Virus record (IMG/VR): IMGVR_UViG_3300044675_003084
Span: 1,378 to 65,377 of that record
Origin: a virus
Lineage: Duplodnaviria > Heunggongvirae > Uroviricota > Caudoviricetes
DNA: 64,000 nt
Strand: one strand, 5' to 3'
Part shown: piece by piece, positions 16,622 through 25,662 of the stretch
Layout: every line of letters begins with the position of its first letter
Numbering within the stretch: position 1 is the first letter of the stretch
Notes under the pieces: model-generated
What the model was told of the DNA's origin: nothing
Database searches by the model: none
What the model saw: only the letters and a program-made list of their open reading frames with translations
Translations under genes and position numbers: made by a program

Positions 16622-18403
16622 TTATCCTTCACAACTTACACATTCAGGGTCCATTGCCTTTGTAGCAATATCTCCTCTTAATACGGATTCCGTTCTCATG
16701 TAATACAATGTCTTAACTCCTTGTTTCCAAGCCTCCATTGTTACTTGATTAATCCATTTCGGTTCTGCAATTGCAGGGAATGCTAAGTTTAGTGAAACTG
16801 ATTGGTCTATATATTGTTGTCTAATACCCGCCTGTCTTACTAAATCCAATTGGTTAATTTCTTTGAATGTTTTGAATACATCCTTAACTTTAAATGTTTT
16901 ATGCTTATCTTCCGGTAATACCTCTTCACAAAGAATTGCTTTACCATTCACAAAACACCAATTATCTAATTCTGCTATATCTTGAATAGAACCACCATCT
17001 TCTAAAATCTTATCCCATACCTCTTTGGTATTGATTCCCACTTTTTTAAGTAGTTTTTCTAATTCAGAATTTCTACGAATGAATGTTCCTTTTGAAGTTT
17101 GTTCGGTAAATACATTTGCTGCCCACGGCTCAATACCAGAACTTACATCTCCACTCAATTTAGAGTTAGAAACTGTTGGTGCGATTGCACGTAAGTGAGT
17201 ATTACGGAAACCACTATCTCTACACCAAAGTGGTTCACCCAATTCAGATGCCATATCTCTACTTGCCCTTTCAGATTCAATTTTCATTTGAGAAAATATC
17301 TTACGAGTTTCAAATTGAGCAGGCATTCCTTCAAATGGAATTCCTCTTTGTTGTAAATAAGTATGCCAACCTAATACACCTAAACCTAATGCTCTACCTT
17401 TTTCTGCTGAACGAACTGCGTTTTCAAATCCTTTCATATTCTTAGCCTTTTGGATAAATTCTGAAAGAACTCCATCTAAGAAATATGTTGAGGTGTAAAT
17501 TAAATCCGTATCTTTCCACTCATCGTATTTTGCTAAGTTTAGTGAACTTAGACAACAAACGAATGAATGTGATTCATCGGTATGCAATACAATTTCAGAA
17601 CAGATATTAGTCATAAAAACTTTCAATCCATTTTGTTTGTACATTGGTGGGTTTTGTTTATTCACATTACCCTTAAATAAGATATAAGGTTCACCTGTTG
17701 CTTTTCTTTTTTGAAGTAGTTTACTCCATTTTCTTCTAGCCTCAGGTTCTCCATCTTGTAGTTTTCTCATAAACTTATCACCAACGACTGCACATTGATG
17801 AAGATTTAAACATTGACGATTAACATCACCCTTTGGTTCTCTAATCTCTAACCAATCTTCAAAATCTTTGTGTTCGATGTTTAAGTTTACTGATGCTGCA
17901 CCTCTTCTTACTGAACCTTGATTCGTTGCAAGAATAGTTGAATCGTATATTTTACCAAATGGAACTACTCCATCGGATGTACCATTACCAGTAATCTTTG
18001 CACCTGCTGGTCTGATTTGGTTGATACCAATACCAACTCCACCACCATGCTTTGCTAATAACATTAATTCCAAATTCTTTGAACCTATATCAAAAATGGA
18101 ATCTGCTACATCTATACCAAAACAACTAATAGGTAATCCTCTATCAGTACCTGTGTTTGATAATACCGGTGTAGCTAAACATAACCATCCTCTCCATATA
18201 TAATCGAAAAATTTAGATGCTAGTTGTGGTTGGCCTAATCTTTGTGCTACTTTTGTAGATACTCTCCAATACGCATCTTTTGGTGTTTCTCCCTCAATCA
18301 AGTAACCCTTCGATATGGTTTTAACATATACTTCGGTATTACCCCACTCCGGGAAATCGACACCAAGTTCCCATCCAAATTCTTCACCTTGATTTTTTGC
18401 CAT
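16622..18403 (-). CDS. nrdA: Ribonucleotide reductase large (alpha) subunit, class I, no ATP-cone
   Basis: 593 aa with RNR alpha core sequence and C-terminal Cys pair '...ECVSCEG'. Directly followed by a ferritin-like beta subunit. Confidence 0.8.
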   Translation of the reverse strand: MAKNQGEEFGWELGVDFPEWGNTEVYVKTISKGYLIEGETPKDAYWRVSTKVAQRLGQPQLASKFFDYIWRGWLCLATPVLSNTGTDRGLPISCFGIDVADSIFDIGSKNLELMLLAKHGGGVGIGINQIRPAGAKITGNGTSDGVVPFGKIYDSTILATNQGSVRRGAASVNLNIEHKDFEDWLEIREPKGDVNRQCLNLHQCAVVGDKFMRKLQDGEPEARRKWSKLLQKRKATGEPYILFKGNVNKQNPPMYKQNGLKVFMTNICSEIVLHTDESHSFVCCLSSLNLAKYDEWKDTDLIYTSTYFLDGVLSEFIQKAKNMKGFENAVRSAEKGRALGLGVLGWHTYLQQRGIPFEGMPAQFETRKIFSQMKIESERASRDMASELGEPLWCRDSGFRNTHLRAIAPTVSNSKLSGDVSSGIEPWAANVFTEQTSKGTFIRRNSELEKLLKKVGINTKEVWDKILEDGGSIQDIAELDNWCFVNGKAILCEEVLPEDKHKTFKVKDVFKTFKEINQLDLVRQAGIRQQYIDQSVSLNLAFPAIAEPKWINQVTMEAWKQGVKTLYYMRTESVLRGDIATKAMDPECVSCEG

Positions 18404-18416
18404 AATATTGTTTTAT

Positions 18417-19430
18417 TTAAAATAAGTCATCCCAATTCTCACCCTCACCTGCTTTTGAATAATCAGTAGGTCTCATTGCGAAGAAATCCGTATGAGTTAA
18501 ACCTCCAGTTAGGTGATAGAACCAATCTAATTCAGATGCTTTCTTTTTATTGAATTCAAAATAATCATCACCACCAGGTATTGGATTGTATCCCAACTCT
18601 GCAAGTTTTTCATTGATTCTTTTGATAATGAAATGTTTTAGGTCATCTTTTTTCATATTCTCTAAATCACCCTGTTCAAACATCTTATCAATGAATCTAT
18701 GTTCTAACTCCATTATTAGTTTTGCTGCTTCATAAATTGATGGTTTAGCATCTTCAAGTAGTTCTGGAAATTCATCACACATATGTCTGAATAATTGACA
18801 CCCCATTCTACTATGTAGGGATTCATCTCTTACGCTCCACTTCATTTGTTGACCAATTCCTTTTAATTTATTTCTCATTTGGAATGAGTAAAGAACTGCA
18901 AATGATGAATAAAGAGATACCCCCTCTGAAAATGCTGAGAATATTGCTAAACTTCTACCAACTTCTTTTCTTGCAATTGGGTTTGTTGCCAAATCCTCAT
19001 GTGTCCAATCCGAAGTAGTTTTTGTTAATAATTCAAACTTTTCTGCAATTGCAGGTTCGTGTAAAAATGCTTCAAAATCATCTAATCCTAAAGTTTCATT
19101 TAAATACGAATATGCAATTGCATGAATTGTTTCTTGAGAACCAAACATCATTGCCATCTGACGGATTTCATGTTTTGGAAACCATTGGGTAACCATATTA
19201 GTCCAATAATCAGATACAGCACATTCAGTCTGAGCAAATCCTAAAAGGATATTACCTACTAAATTCTTTTCAGATTCAGTTAGTGTTTCATTCCAATCCT
19301 TAATATCACCTTGCATTGGGATTTCGGTATGTAACCAAAATGCCTGTGCTTGTTTTAACCATCCTTCAGTATAGTATATCGGAAATTCAAAGGGTTTGAA
19401 TGGAATTCTTTCAGTAAATAGTTTGCTCAT
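18417..19430 (-). CDS. nrdB: Ribonucleotide reductase small (beta) subunit, class I
   Basis: Ferritin-like di-iron ligands (E..H motifs such as 'ETIHAIAYSY' and 'ESLHSRMG'), 337 aa, acidic aromatic C-terminal tail '...WDDLF'. Confidence 0.8.
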   Translation of the reverse strand: MSKLFTERIPFKPFEFPIYYTEGWLKQAQAFWLHTEIPMQGDIKDWNETLTESEKNLVGNILLGFAQTECAVSDYWTNMVTQWFPKHEIRQMAMMFGSQETIHAIAYSYLNETLGLDDFEAFLHEPAIAEKFELLTKTTSDWTHEDLATNPIARKEVGRSLAIFSAFSEGVSLYSSFAVLYSFQMRNKLKGIGQQMKWSVRDESLHSRMGCQLFRHMCDEFPELLEDAKPSIYEAAKLIMELEHRFIDKMFEQGDLENMKKDDLKHFIIKRINEKLAELGYNPIPGGDDYFEFNKKKASELDWFYHLTGGLTHTDFFAMRPTDYSKAGEGENWDDLF

Positions 19431-19447
19431 TTTGTAACTTTTTTTAT

Positions 19448-19614
19448 TTGTTCTCTTCTACTGATAATTTTCTATAATCTGTAATAAGTTTTTTTAATTC
19501 TCCAATCGCTTTTCTTGCTCTTGATTTAGATGCTTTAGTTGCTCCGTTGTGTTCTGCTTCGAATTGAGTAAATAAATCCTTCATTTGTTCGAATAATTCA
19601 GTTGATGTTGCCAT
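19448..19614 (-). CDS. Small basic protein (~55 aa), unlisted short ORF
   Basis: ATG at 19612-19614 translates MATSTELFEQMKDLFTQFEAEHNGATKASKSRARKAIGELKKLITDYRKLSVEENK. The Lys/Arg-rich C-terminal half is consistent with nucleic-acid binding. The ORF is below the track's length cutoff. Confidence 0.2.
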
Positions 19615-19778
19615 AAATTGTTTGTTTGTTAAATTGTTAAAAATTACTCCAACAAAATATCTTGTTGGTGAGTATAACTATTGTATATATGAAAAAAAGA
19701 AATGATTTTTTTTTAATATTTTTTTTCTTTTTTATTATCCCATACTAACAAAAAGCTAACCCCTTTATTATAATAGGG

Positions 19779-21140
19779 TTACCCCATATTTTCTACATAC
19801 TTTTTGTGTAGAAGTTGTTTCTGAACCATCTGTCCATTATTAGATTCCTTTGAAGCAATGATTCCATCAGCAGAAGCTGCATCATATACTTCGATAAATC
19901 CTGTATTCGTATCCATCTTACAAGGGAAAGTAATTCCATCTGGCCCGAATCGGTTTTTCATAATGTGAGCCCTTGCAGTATTATTCAATTTATCTTTTGA
20001 TTTTCTACTCCAACTCATAATGAAATCCGCATTCATAACCTTTGCATATGAATCTGCAATCTTATCTGCTTCAATTACATCTGAATCAATTGCAGAACGA
20101 TTTGTTTGAGAAGCAGTCCATATTGGTATTCTCAATTCACCCCCCATACCTCTAAGGTCAATGTAAACACCACCTTGTTCAGCATAAGTTGAATCCGTTT
20201 TATTTGAATGGGAAAGAAGTAAATCTGCGTAATCCACAATAATTAGGTCAGGTCGGTTACCGGTTGCAATCATTTTTTCAATGTGCATTTGCAACTTCTT
20301 AACACTTACCCCCTTCGGTGGATAATATTTAATAAGTAATTTTCCTTTTAATCCTTTGATTTTTGCTTTAACATCCTCTTTTCTATCTCTCAAATCTGCA
20401 GATGGGATATGAGTAAAGACGGTATCGTATCTTGCACCTACATAATGTTCCGATAACTCCATTGTATAATGGACTACACTTAATCCTGCTTTAACTGCCG
20501 ATGCACCTAATGCAGTTAGAATCCATGTCTTACCAACACCTGATGGTGCAACTACTACTCCCAATTCACCTGGCCCTAATCCACCATCCATCAAATCAGT
20601 AATGGGTTTCCAATCAGTTGGGACAGTATCCCTCTTTTCATCTACTGAACGGGATTCAAAATCTAAAACATAATCATGTCCTAAATCGTTTTCAATCCCA
20701 ACCTTCATTGCCCTATCTACGAGGTCTTTGATTTTATCGTAACTTCCTGCCTTTAATAAATCTACTGATTGTAGAATTACTTGTTTTAAGTTTTGATTTT
20801 TACAAAAGGATGTAAATTCCGTTTTAATGTAGGCTAAATCAGTTACGTTACCTACTTGTGTGTAGATATGGCGTAATTGTTCTACAATCGTTGTTTGTAA
20901 TCCTTTGTTATCTAATTTCGATAAACTTACTTTGAAAGCATCCATTGTGGGTGCTTGTCTATATTCAGTATGATAGTTAACAATTTCACTAACTATCCAT
21001 TTGTTTGCATCCGATTCAAAAAATTTGGGTGTAACAATTTCTGATATTTGGTCTAAGAATTTATTATCGGTTAATAATGCAGATACAACTTTAGATTGGA
21101 AAGACTGTCCGTATTTCGATAAGTTGTCTATATCTTGCAT
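19779..21140 (-). CDS. Replicative DnaB-like helicase (T4 gp41 analog)
   Basis: Walker A 'VVAPSGVGKTWIL', Walker B 'LIIVDYADLL', DnaB-type N-terminal domain, 453 aa. Confidence 0.8.
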   Translation of the reverse strand: MQDIDNLSKYGQSFQSKVVSALLTDNKFLDQISEIVTPKFFESDANKWIVSEIVNYHTEYRQAPTMDAFKVSLSKLDNKGLQTTIVEQLRHIYTQVGNVTDLAYIKTEFTSFCKNQNLKQVILQSVDLLKAGSYDKIKDLVDRAMKVGIENDLGHDYVLDFESRSVDEKRDTVPTDWKPITDLMDGGLGPGELGVVVAPSGVGKTWILTALGASAVKAGLSVVHYTMELSEHYVGARYDTVFTHIPSADLRDRKEDVKAKIKGLKGKLLIKYYPPKGVSVKKLQMHIEKMIATGNRPDLIIVDYADLLLSHSNKTDSTYAEQGGVYIDLRGMGGELRIPIWTASQTNRSAIDSDVIEADKIADSYAKVMNADFIMSWSRKSKDKLNNTARAHIMKNRFGPDGITFPCKMDTNTGFIEVYDAASADGIIASKESNNGQMVQKQLLHKKYVENMG

Positions 21141-21370
21141 TATTTATTTTTTTCCTTCTTTGTTTTTGTTTTAATTTCTTCAACTTGAGTTTCGACTTCT
21201 TCGGTAATCACTTCGGTCTTACTCTTTCCTTTGAATGATTTCCATTCGCTCTTTGGAACGAATTTCCAATGCCCGCCTTTTACTCTCTCATCTGCCTCGA
21301 TATCACTCACTCTTTTAATTTCTCCTAACGTATAGGATTTTCCTTCCTTAATTGTTTTAATACACTTCAT
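21140..21370 (-). CDS. Hypothetical small Lys/Glu-rich protein
   Basis: 76-aa ORF whose stop overlaps the helicase start, suggesting translational coupling. Confidence 0.25.
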   Translation of the reverse strand: MKCIKTIKEGKSYTLGEIKRVSDIEADERVKGGHWKFVPKSEWKSFKGKSKTEVITEEVETQVEEIKTKTKKEKNK

Positions 21371-21392
21371 AGTTTTCCTCCATGTTTAATTG

Positions 21393-22436
21393 TTATTTTG
21401 TAATAATATTTCCAAATGTTGTTTTTAACCAATCATTGATATCACCAAAGTTGTTTACCGCTTTATACTTTAAACATACCTTCATAAAATCTAATTTATT
21501 TAATTGGTCGTTTGGTTCGTTAAATTTACTCAATATATTCATTTTTATAATACCTGATATATCGGGGTCATCTAATTGCATCAATTCTCTATTCATAAGA
21601 ATCTGCTCTCTTGCAGAAAGGATATCATCGTATATCTTAATCTTACCCCTCTTTTCATCACATAGGCGGAATAAGTCATCAACAGATAATTTAACATCCT
21701 CAGTCAGTTCTGGAAACCTCTTTACGAGGGTTTTAACACCACATCCATTAACTCCTGGTATGTTATCTGATTTATCACCATCCAATACCCTATATAAAAG
21801 TAGATTTTTTGATTCGATTCCGAATTCTTCCTTAACAACGTTCCTATTATAGATTTTCTTTTTGGTGGGTGACCAAACGATGGTTTTTTCGTTAACCAAT
21901 TGAAGGAAATCCTTATCAGTTGACATAACCACCGCTTGTTCATCCTCTTTAAGTAGTTGTGTAGTGATATAGGCCATAACATCATCTGCCTCTACACCAT
22001 CATATATCATGTTGGTTACAGGTAGATAATTTAGCATTTCGTTCAACCAAACAAATTGTCTTTTCATTGATTCGCGTTCATCCTCAGCATTCATCATACC
22101 GGCATATTGACGATTCACTCTAAGTTTGTTTGGGTCTCTATCTGCCTTATAACCCGAAAATCTCTTTTTTCTACTTTGGGAGCCACCTTTACCATCGAAA
22201 ACTACAATAACACGGGTCGGTTGAACCTGACGGATTGCGTAACCTATTGATTTTAAGACACCCGTTACACCACCTAAATGGTCGCCATCATCATTCATTG
22301 TGGGAATGGATGACCAGCAACGGATGAATGTATTTAATCCATCAATTATCAGAACTCTAGAATTTCTAGTTTTAATAGAATTGCTAGTATGTTCTTTTTC
22401 TACCGACTCTAAAATGTTTTTGTATATTGCTTTCAA
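21393..22436 (-). CDS. 5'-3' exonuclease / flap endonuclease (T4 RNase H-like)
   Basis: PIN-like 5'-nuclease signatures 'LIIDGLNTFIRCWS' and 'VVFDGKGGSQSRKKRFSGYKADR', plus a helix-3-turn-helix region. Confidence 0.8.
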   Translation of the reverse strand: MKAIYKNILESVEKEHTSNSIKTRNSRVLIIDGLNTFIRCWSSIPTMNDDGDHLGGVTGVLKSIGYAIRQVQPTRVIVVFDGKGGSQSRKKRFSGYKADRDPNKLRVNRQYAGMMNAEDERESMKRQFVWLNEMLNYLPVTNMIYDGVEADDVMAYITTQLLKEDEQAVVMSTDKDFLQLVNEKTIVWSPTKKKIYNRNVVKEEFGIESKNLLLYRVLDGDKSDNIPGVNGCGVKTLVKRFPELTEDVKLSVDDLFRLCDEKRGKIKIYDDILSAREQILMNRELMQLDDPDISGIIKMNILSKFNEPNDQLNKLDFMKVCLKYKAVNNFGDINDWLKTTFGNIITK

Positions 22437-22451
22437 CGTGTTGTTTTTAAA

Positions 22452-23573
22452 TTAATCATCCATTCCTGCACCAGATTCATCGATTTCCATATTTTCGATA
22501 TCTAATGTATCTGATTTATATTGTAATATTGTAGATTCACAAATCTTTTTATAAATTTGGTCTCTAACATCAACCCTACTTTCCATCATAGTGATGAAAT
22601 CTTTAGATTGAAATTTAATAACCTCGCCACTTTCAGTATCGGTATATTCATACCAAGCACCTGCTTGTTTAACGATTTTATTATCTTTCATTACAACTAA
22701 CCACGAACCATAGTTATCGATTCCTCTATCAAAGAAGATATCGAAATCAGCACATCTTAATGGTGGGCCCATTCTATTCTTAACGACTTGAGCTCTTACT
22801 TTCATACCAACGATTTTATCGTTACCATTTACCTTCATCTTAATCTGTCCCATTCCTTTCAAACGTAATCTAACCGAAGCATGGAATGCTAAGGCTTTAC
22901 CACCGGATGTAGTCCACGGGTCACCGAACGGCATTGCGTTCATTTTCTGACGAAGTTGGTTTGTATATACTAATAAGATTTTTTGTCTACCAATCATATT
23001 GGTAATTTTTCTCATCGCCTTTGAGATGATGATTGCTTTGTCAGTTGCATAGCCATCTTTACCATAATCAGAAGCCAACTCCGTTTTAGTGGATGCTGCT
23101 GCTACTGAATCGGTTACAATTACTACTAATCTGTCTTTGTCTGTCTGTCTAACTTTCTCAATAATAGTTTCAGTAAAATCGAAAATTTGTTCAACTGAGT
23201 CTGCTGATACATAAAGTAATTTCTTTACATCCACACCGATTGCTTCAAGAAATTCTCTACTCACTGCAGTTTCAGTATCTATTAACACTGCAACACCACC
23301 TTGCTTTTGTGTTTCAGCAAGGATGTGTGCAGATACTAATGATTTTCCACTTTGTTCTAATCCTGTTATCTCAACAATTCTACCAACAGGCAATCCACCA
23401 TAAGGACGATTTGAAATCGCAACATCTAATGTAGCACATCCGGTTGATACCCAACCCTCTACGTTTGTAGGAGTTGCATCATCATCTAAGAAGAATGCTA
23501 CTTTTTGGTCTTTAGATTGTTTATTTAGCTCACTCGCTAGAATATCGGCTAAATCCAATTCCTGTTTTGCCAT
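22452..23573 (-). CDS. RecA/UvsX-family recombinase
   Basis: Walker A 'GLEQSGKSLV' and RecA-core architecture, 373 aa, adjacent to the SSB gene. Confidence 0.75.
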   Translation of the reverse strand: MAKQELDLADILASELNKQSKDQKVAFFLDDDATPTNVEGWVSTGCATLDVAISNRPYGGLPVGRIVEITGLEQSGKSLVSAHILAETQKQGGVAVLIDTETAVSREFLEAIGVDVKKLLYVSADSVEQIFDFTETIIEKVRQTDKDRLVVIVTDSVAAASTKTELASDYGKDGYATDKAIIISKAMRKITNMIGRQKILLVYTNQLRQKMNAMPFGDPWTTSGGKALAFHASVRLRLKGMGQIKMKVNGNDKIVGMKVRAQVVKNRMGPPLRCADFDIFFDRGIDNYGSWLVVMKDNKIVKQAGAWYEYTDTESGEVIKFQSKDFITMMESRVDVRDQIYKKICESTILQYKSDTLDIENMEIDESGAGMDD

Positions 23574-23585
23574 AAAATTTGGTTA

Positions 23586-24422
23586 TTAATTGTTAAATAA
23601 ATCATCGAATGCTGCAGCTACATCATCAGTCTTTTTAGAAACTGATGGTTGTGTTGGAGTTTCGATTGAACCGCCTAAATCATGAGATACACTTGGTGTA
23701 GCTTTAGATGTAGTATTGGTCGAAAGGGTTTCTTCTACGACTGAAGTTGTATCATCATCATCTGATGTTGCAGATGGATTTAACCATCCTTCTAATACAT
23801 TCTTTAATTCAGCGTAAGAAAGTTCGGAATACAATTCAGTAATCTCAGTTTGGTTATCTAAGAATTTCTGAAGGTCTCCACCTTCTGCCAATGGTGTTTG
23901 ATTTGGTTTAACACGCAGTGTAGTCGTAGGATACGATGTACCTGCATCTTCCGCAGAAATGTAATCAACTGTTAAATCTCTACCGGCATTTGGGTCAGTA
24001 ATATCTCCGTAATCGGGGTCAGCGATGTAACCCAAAATTTCTTGATAAACTGTCTTACCAAATCCCCAAAATTTAACTCCTTCATTTTCTTGTCCACGAA
24101 CAATAACAGGAACGAAGGTTCTCAACTTAGGCTCCATAGCCTTTGCTGCTTTCCAATCTTCCTTATCACCCATTCTTTTAAGTTTGTCTGCAAACTCAAC
24201 AATAGGGTCAGGTCTACCAAATGAAATTGGAGATAGATAAGTTTTGTTATTTACGTTGTAGTGAAAATAAAGTTCGATAAAAGGATTATCTTTGTTGAAC
24301 TTGTAAGGGACGATACGGACTTGGGATTTGCCAGGTGTTGGTTTCCACAATGCATCCGTTTTCTTTTGTGTGTTTTGTAGTTTGTTTAGTCTACCTCTAA
24401 TTGCGTTAATGTCTAATGCCAT
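23586..24422 (-). CDS. Single-stranded DNA-binding protein (gp32-like)
   Basis: Position next to the recombinase; N-terminal pattern 'WKPTPGKSQVRIVPYKFNKDNPFIELYFHY' resembles the gp32 OB-fold region; acidic C-terminal tail '...DDVAAAFDDLFNN'. Two upstream promoter motifs are present. Confidence 0.5.
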   Translation of the reverse strand: MALDINAIRGRLNKLQNTQKKTDALWKPTPGKSQVRIVPYKFNKDNPFIELYFHYNVNNKTYLSPISFGRPDPIVEFADKLKRMGDKEDWKAAKAMEPKLRTFVPVIVRGQENEGVKFWGFGKTVYQEILGYIADPDYGDITDPNAGRDLTVDYISAEDAGTSYPTTTLRVKPNQTPLAEGGDLQKFLDNQTEITELYSELSYAELKNVLEGWLNPSATSDDDDTTSVVEETLSTNTTSKATPSVSHDLGGSIETPTQPSVSKKTDDVAAAFDDLFNN

Positions 24423-24567
24423 TTTTTCTCCGTTTAAGTGTTTAAAAATTAAGTTGTTTTATGGTTTTATTTACGAGTCTTTCCTACTCGCGGTGTGTGT
24501 ATATAAATATACGAATTTCCGATTTTCGTATAAATTATTTTTAAGATATATTATTAGTATCAATATG

Positions 24568-24600
24568 CTAAGATACGATTATTATCTGATATATCCAAAT
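24568..24600 (-). promoter_or_regulatory. Class-1 variant motif upstream of the SSB gene (a TATAAATAT box also sits at 24490-24501)
   Basis: ctaagatacgattattatctgatatatccaaat. The SSB gene carries both motif classes upstream. Confidence 0.35.
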
Positions 24601-24610
24601 ATTTTATTGG

Positions 24611-25084
24611 TTATTTAGCCCATTTACCATTAGAAACTATTTGTGCAATAATTCCGTATACTGATAGGTCTTGAAAAGTATCTTCAATTGATTCACCAAC
24701 TGAATCCTCTTTACTTAGAACTACCAATTGTTTTAATCTTTGGATTTTATCGTTCATTCTAAACCATAATCCCGTAAGTGATAATTTCTTATCCTCAGCA
24801 GTTTCTAATTTAGTACCAACCGAAATATTATTTGGGCCGTAGTTTGATTGTTTTAGACAAAACAATTCGTATTGAGTAAACATAATTCGTTTAAACTCAT
24901 CAGTCATTTCCGGATATTCTTTTTCAACCTGTTCTATGATTTGAGGATTATCATATTTGATAAATGCAACTTCATCATCCTTTGTCTCCAATTTAGGAGC
25001 GATGTTCATTTGAAGTTGATTCTTTGCTTGTTGACTTACAATCTTCGGACCACTATGTGGTTGTGGGGGTGTGTTTTTTGCCAT
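24611..25084 (-). CDS. Hypothetical protein
   Basis: Complete ORF with a class-1 promoter motif upstream. Confidence 0.3.
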   Translation of the reverse strand: MAKNTPPQPHSGPKIVSQQAKNQLQMNIAPKLETKDDEVAFIKYDNPQIIEQVEKEYPEMTDEFKRIMFTQYELFCLKQSNYGPNNISVGTKLETAEDKKLSLTGLWFRMNDKIQRLKQLVVLSKEDSVGESIEDTFQDLSVYGIIAQIVSNGKWAK

Positions 25085-25111
25085 TATAACCTTTATTTAT
25101 TTTTATTAATT

Positions 25112-25144
25112 CAAAGATACGAATAATATTTTGTATTACCAAAT
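25112..25144 (-). promoter_or_regulatory. Class-1 promoter-like motif upstream of the 24611..25084 ORF
   Basis: caaagatacgaataatattttgtattaccaaat. Confidence 0.45.
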
Positions 25145-25555
25145 TTATTGAGGAGTATTTTCAGAAGTTTCTATCACTTCAAAAATTCTCGTACTAAGTT
25201 TTTTAGTTCCTTCGGTATTTGTCACTATAATAGTGTTTCTAAATTTTTCCCAATCTATCTCAAAACTCTTATCTAATTTACCACCATTTTCCTCTTTAAC
25301 TAATTCATTTAGAGCGTTGATTGTATATAGGGTATTAGATTGTTTTTTTCTATGTACTAAAATAGTATCTTTTAATGGAGCAGTTGGTTTATATTGAGTA
25401 TCTATATTGTATGTAATATATAATTCATCTAAATTAGATTTATTCTGAAGCACGTATATATAGTTATAAACAATTGTATATGTTTGTCTAATTTTTTCTA
25501 ATATGGGTTGTAACTCATCTCTTTTTGTAAAGGTACACAATAATTGTGTTTGCAT
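25145..25555 (-). CDS. Hypothetical protein
   Basis: Complete ORF. Confidence 0.3.
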   Translation of the reverse strand: MQTQLLCTFTKRDELQPILEKIRQTYTIVYNYIYVLQNKSNLDELYITYNIDTQYKPTAPLKDTILVHRKKQSNTLYTINALNELVKEENGGKLDKSFEIDWEKFRNTIIVTNTEGTKKLSTRIFEVIETSENTPQ

Positions 25556-25662
25556 CTAATTTCTCCTATTTTTTATACTCTCTATAATAAGTATAAAAAA
25601 CGAAATCGAAAGACTTATTTTATGATAATACTCATAAATCGTTAGATTTTAGTAGTGATTTT

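Noticed and set aside
19748-19780. Terminator hairpin downstream of the helicase gene (aaccc...gggtt)
   Set aside because: The stem is only about 5 bp and overlaps the stop codon. It is too weak to call.
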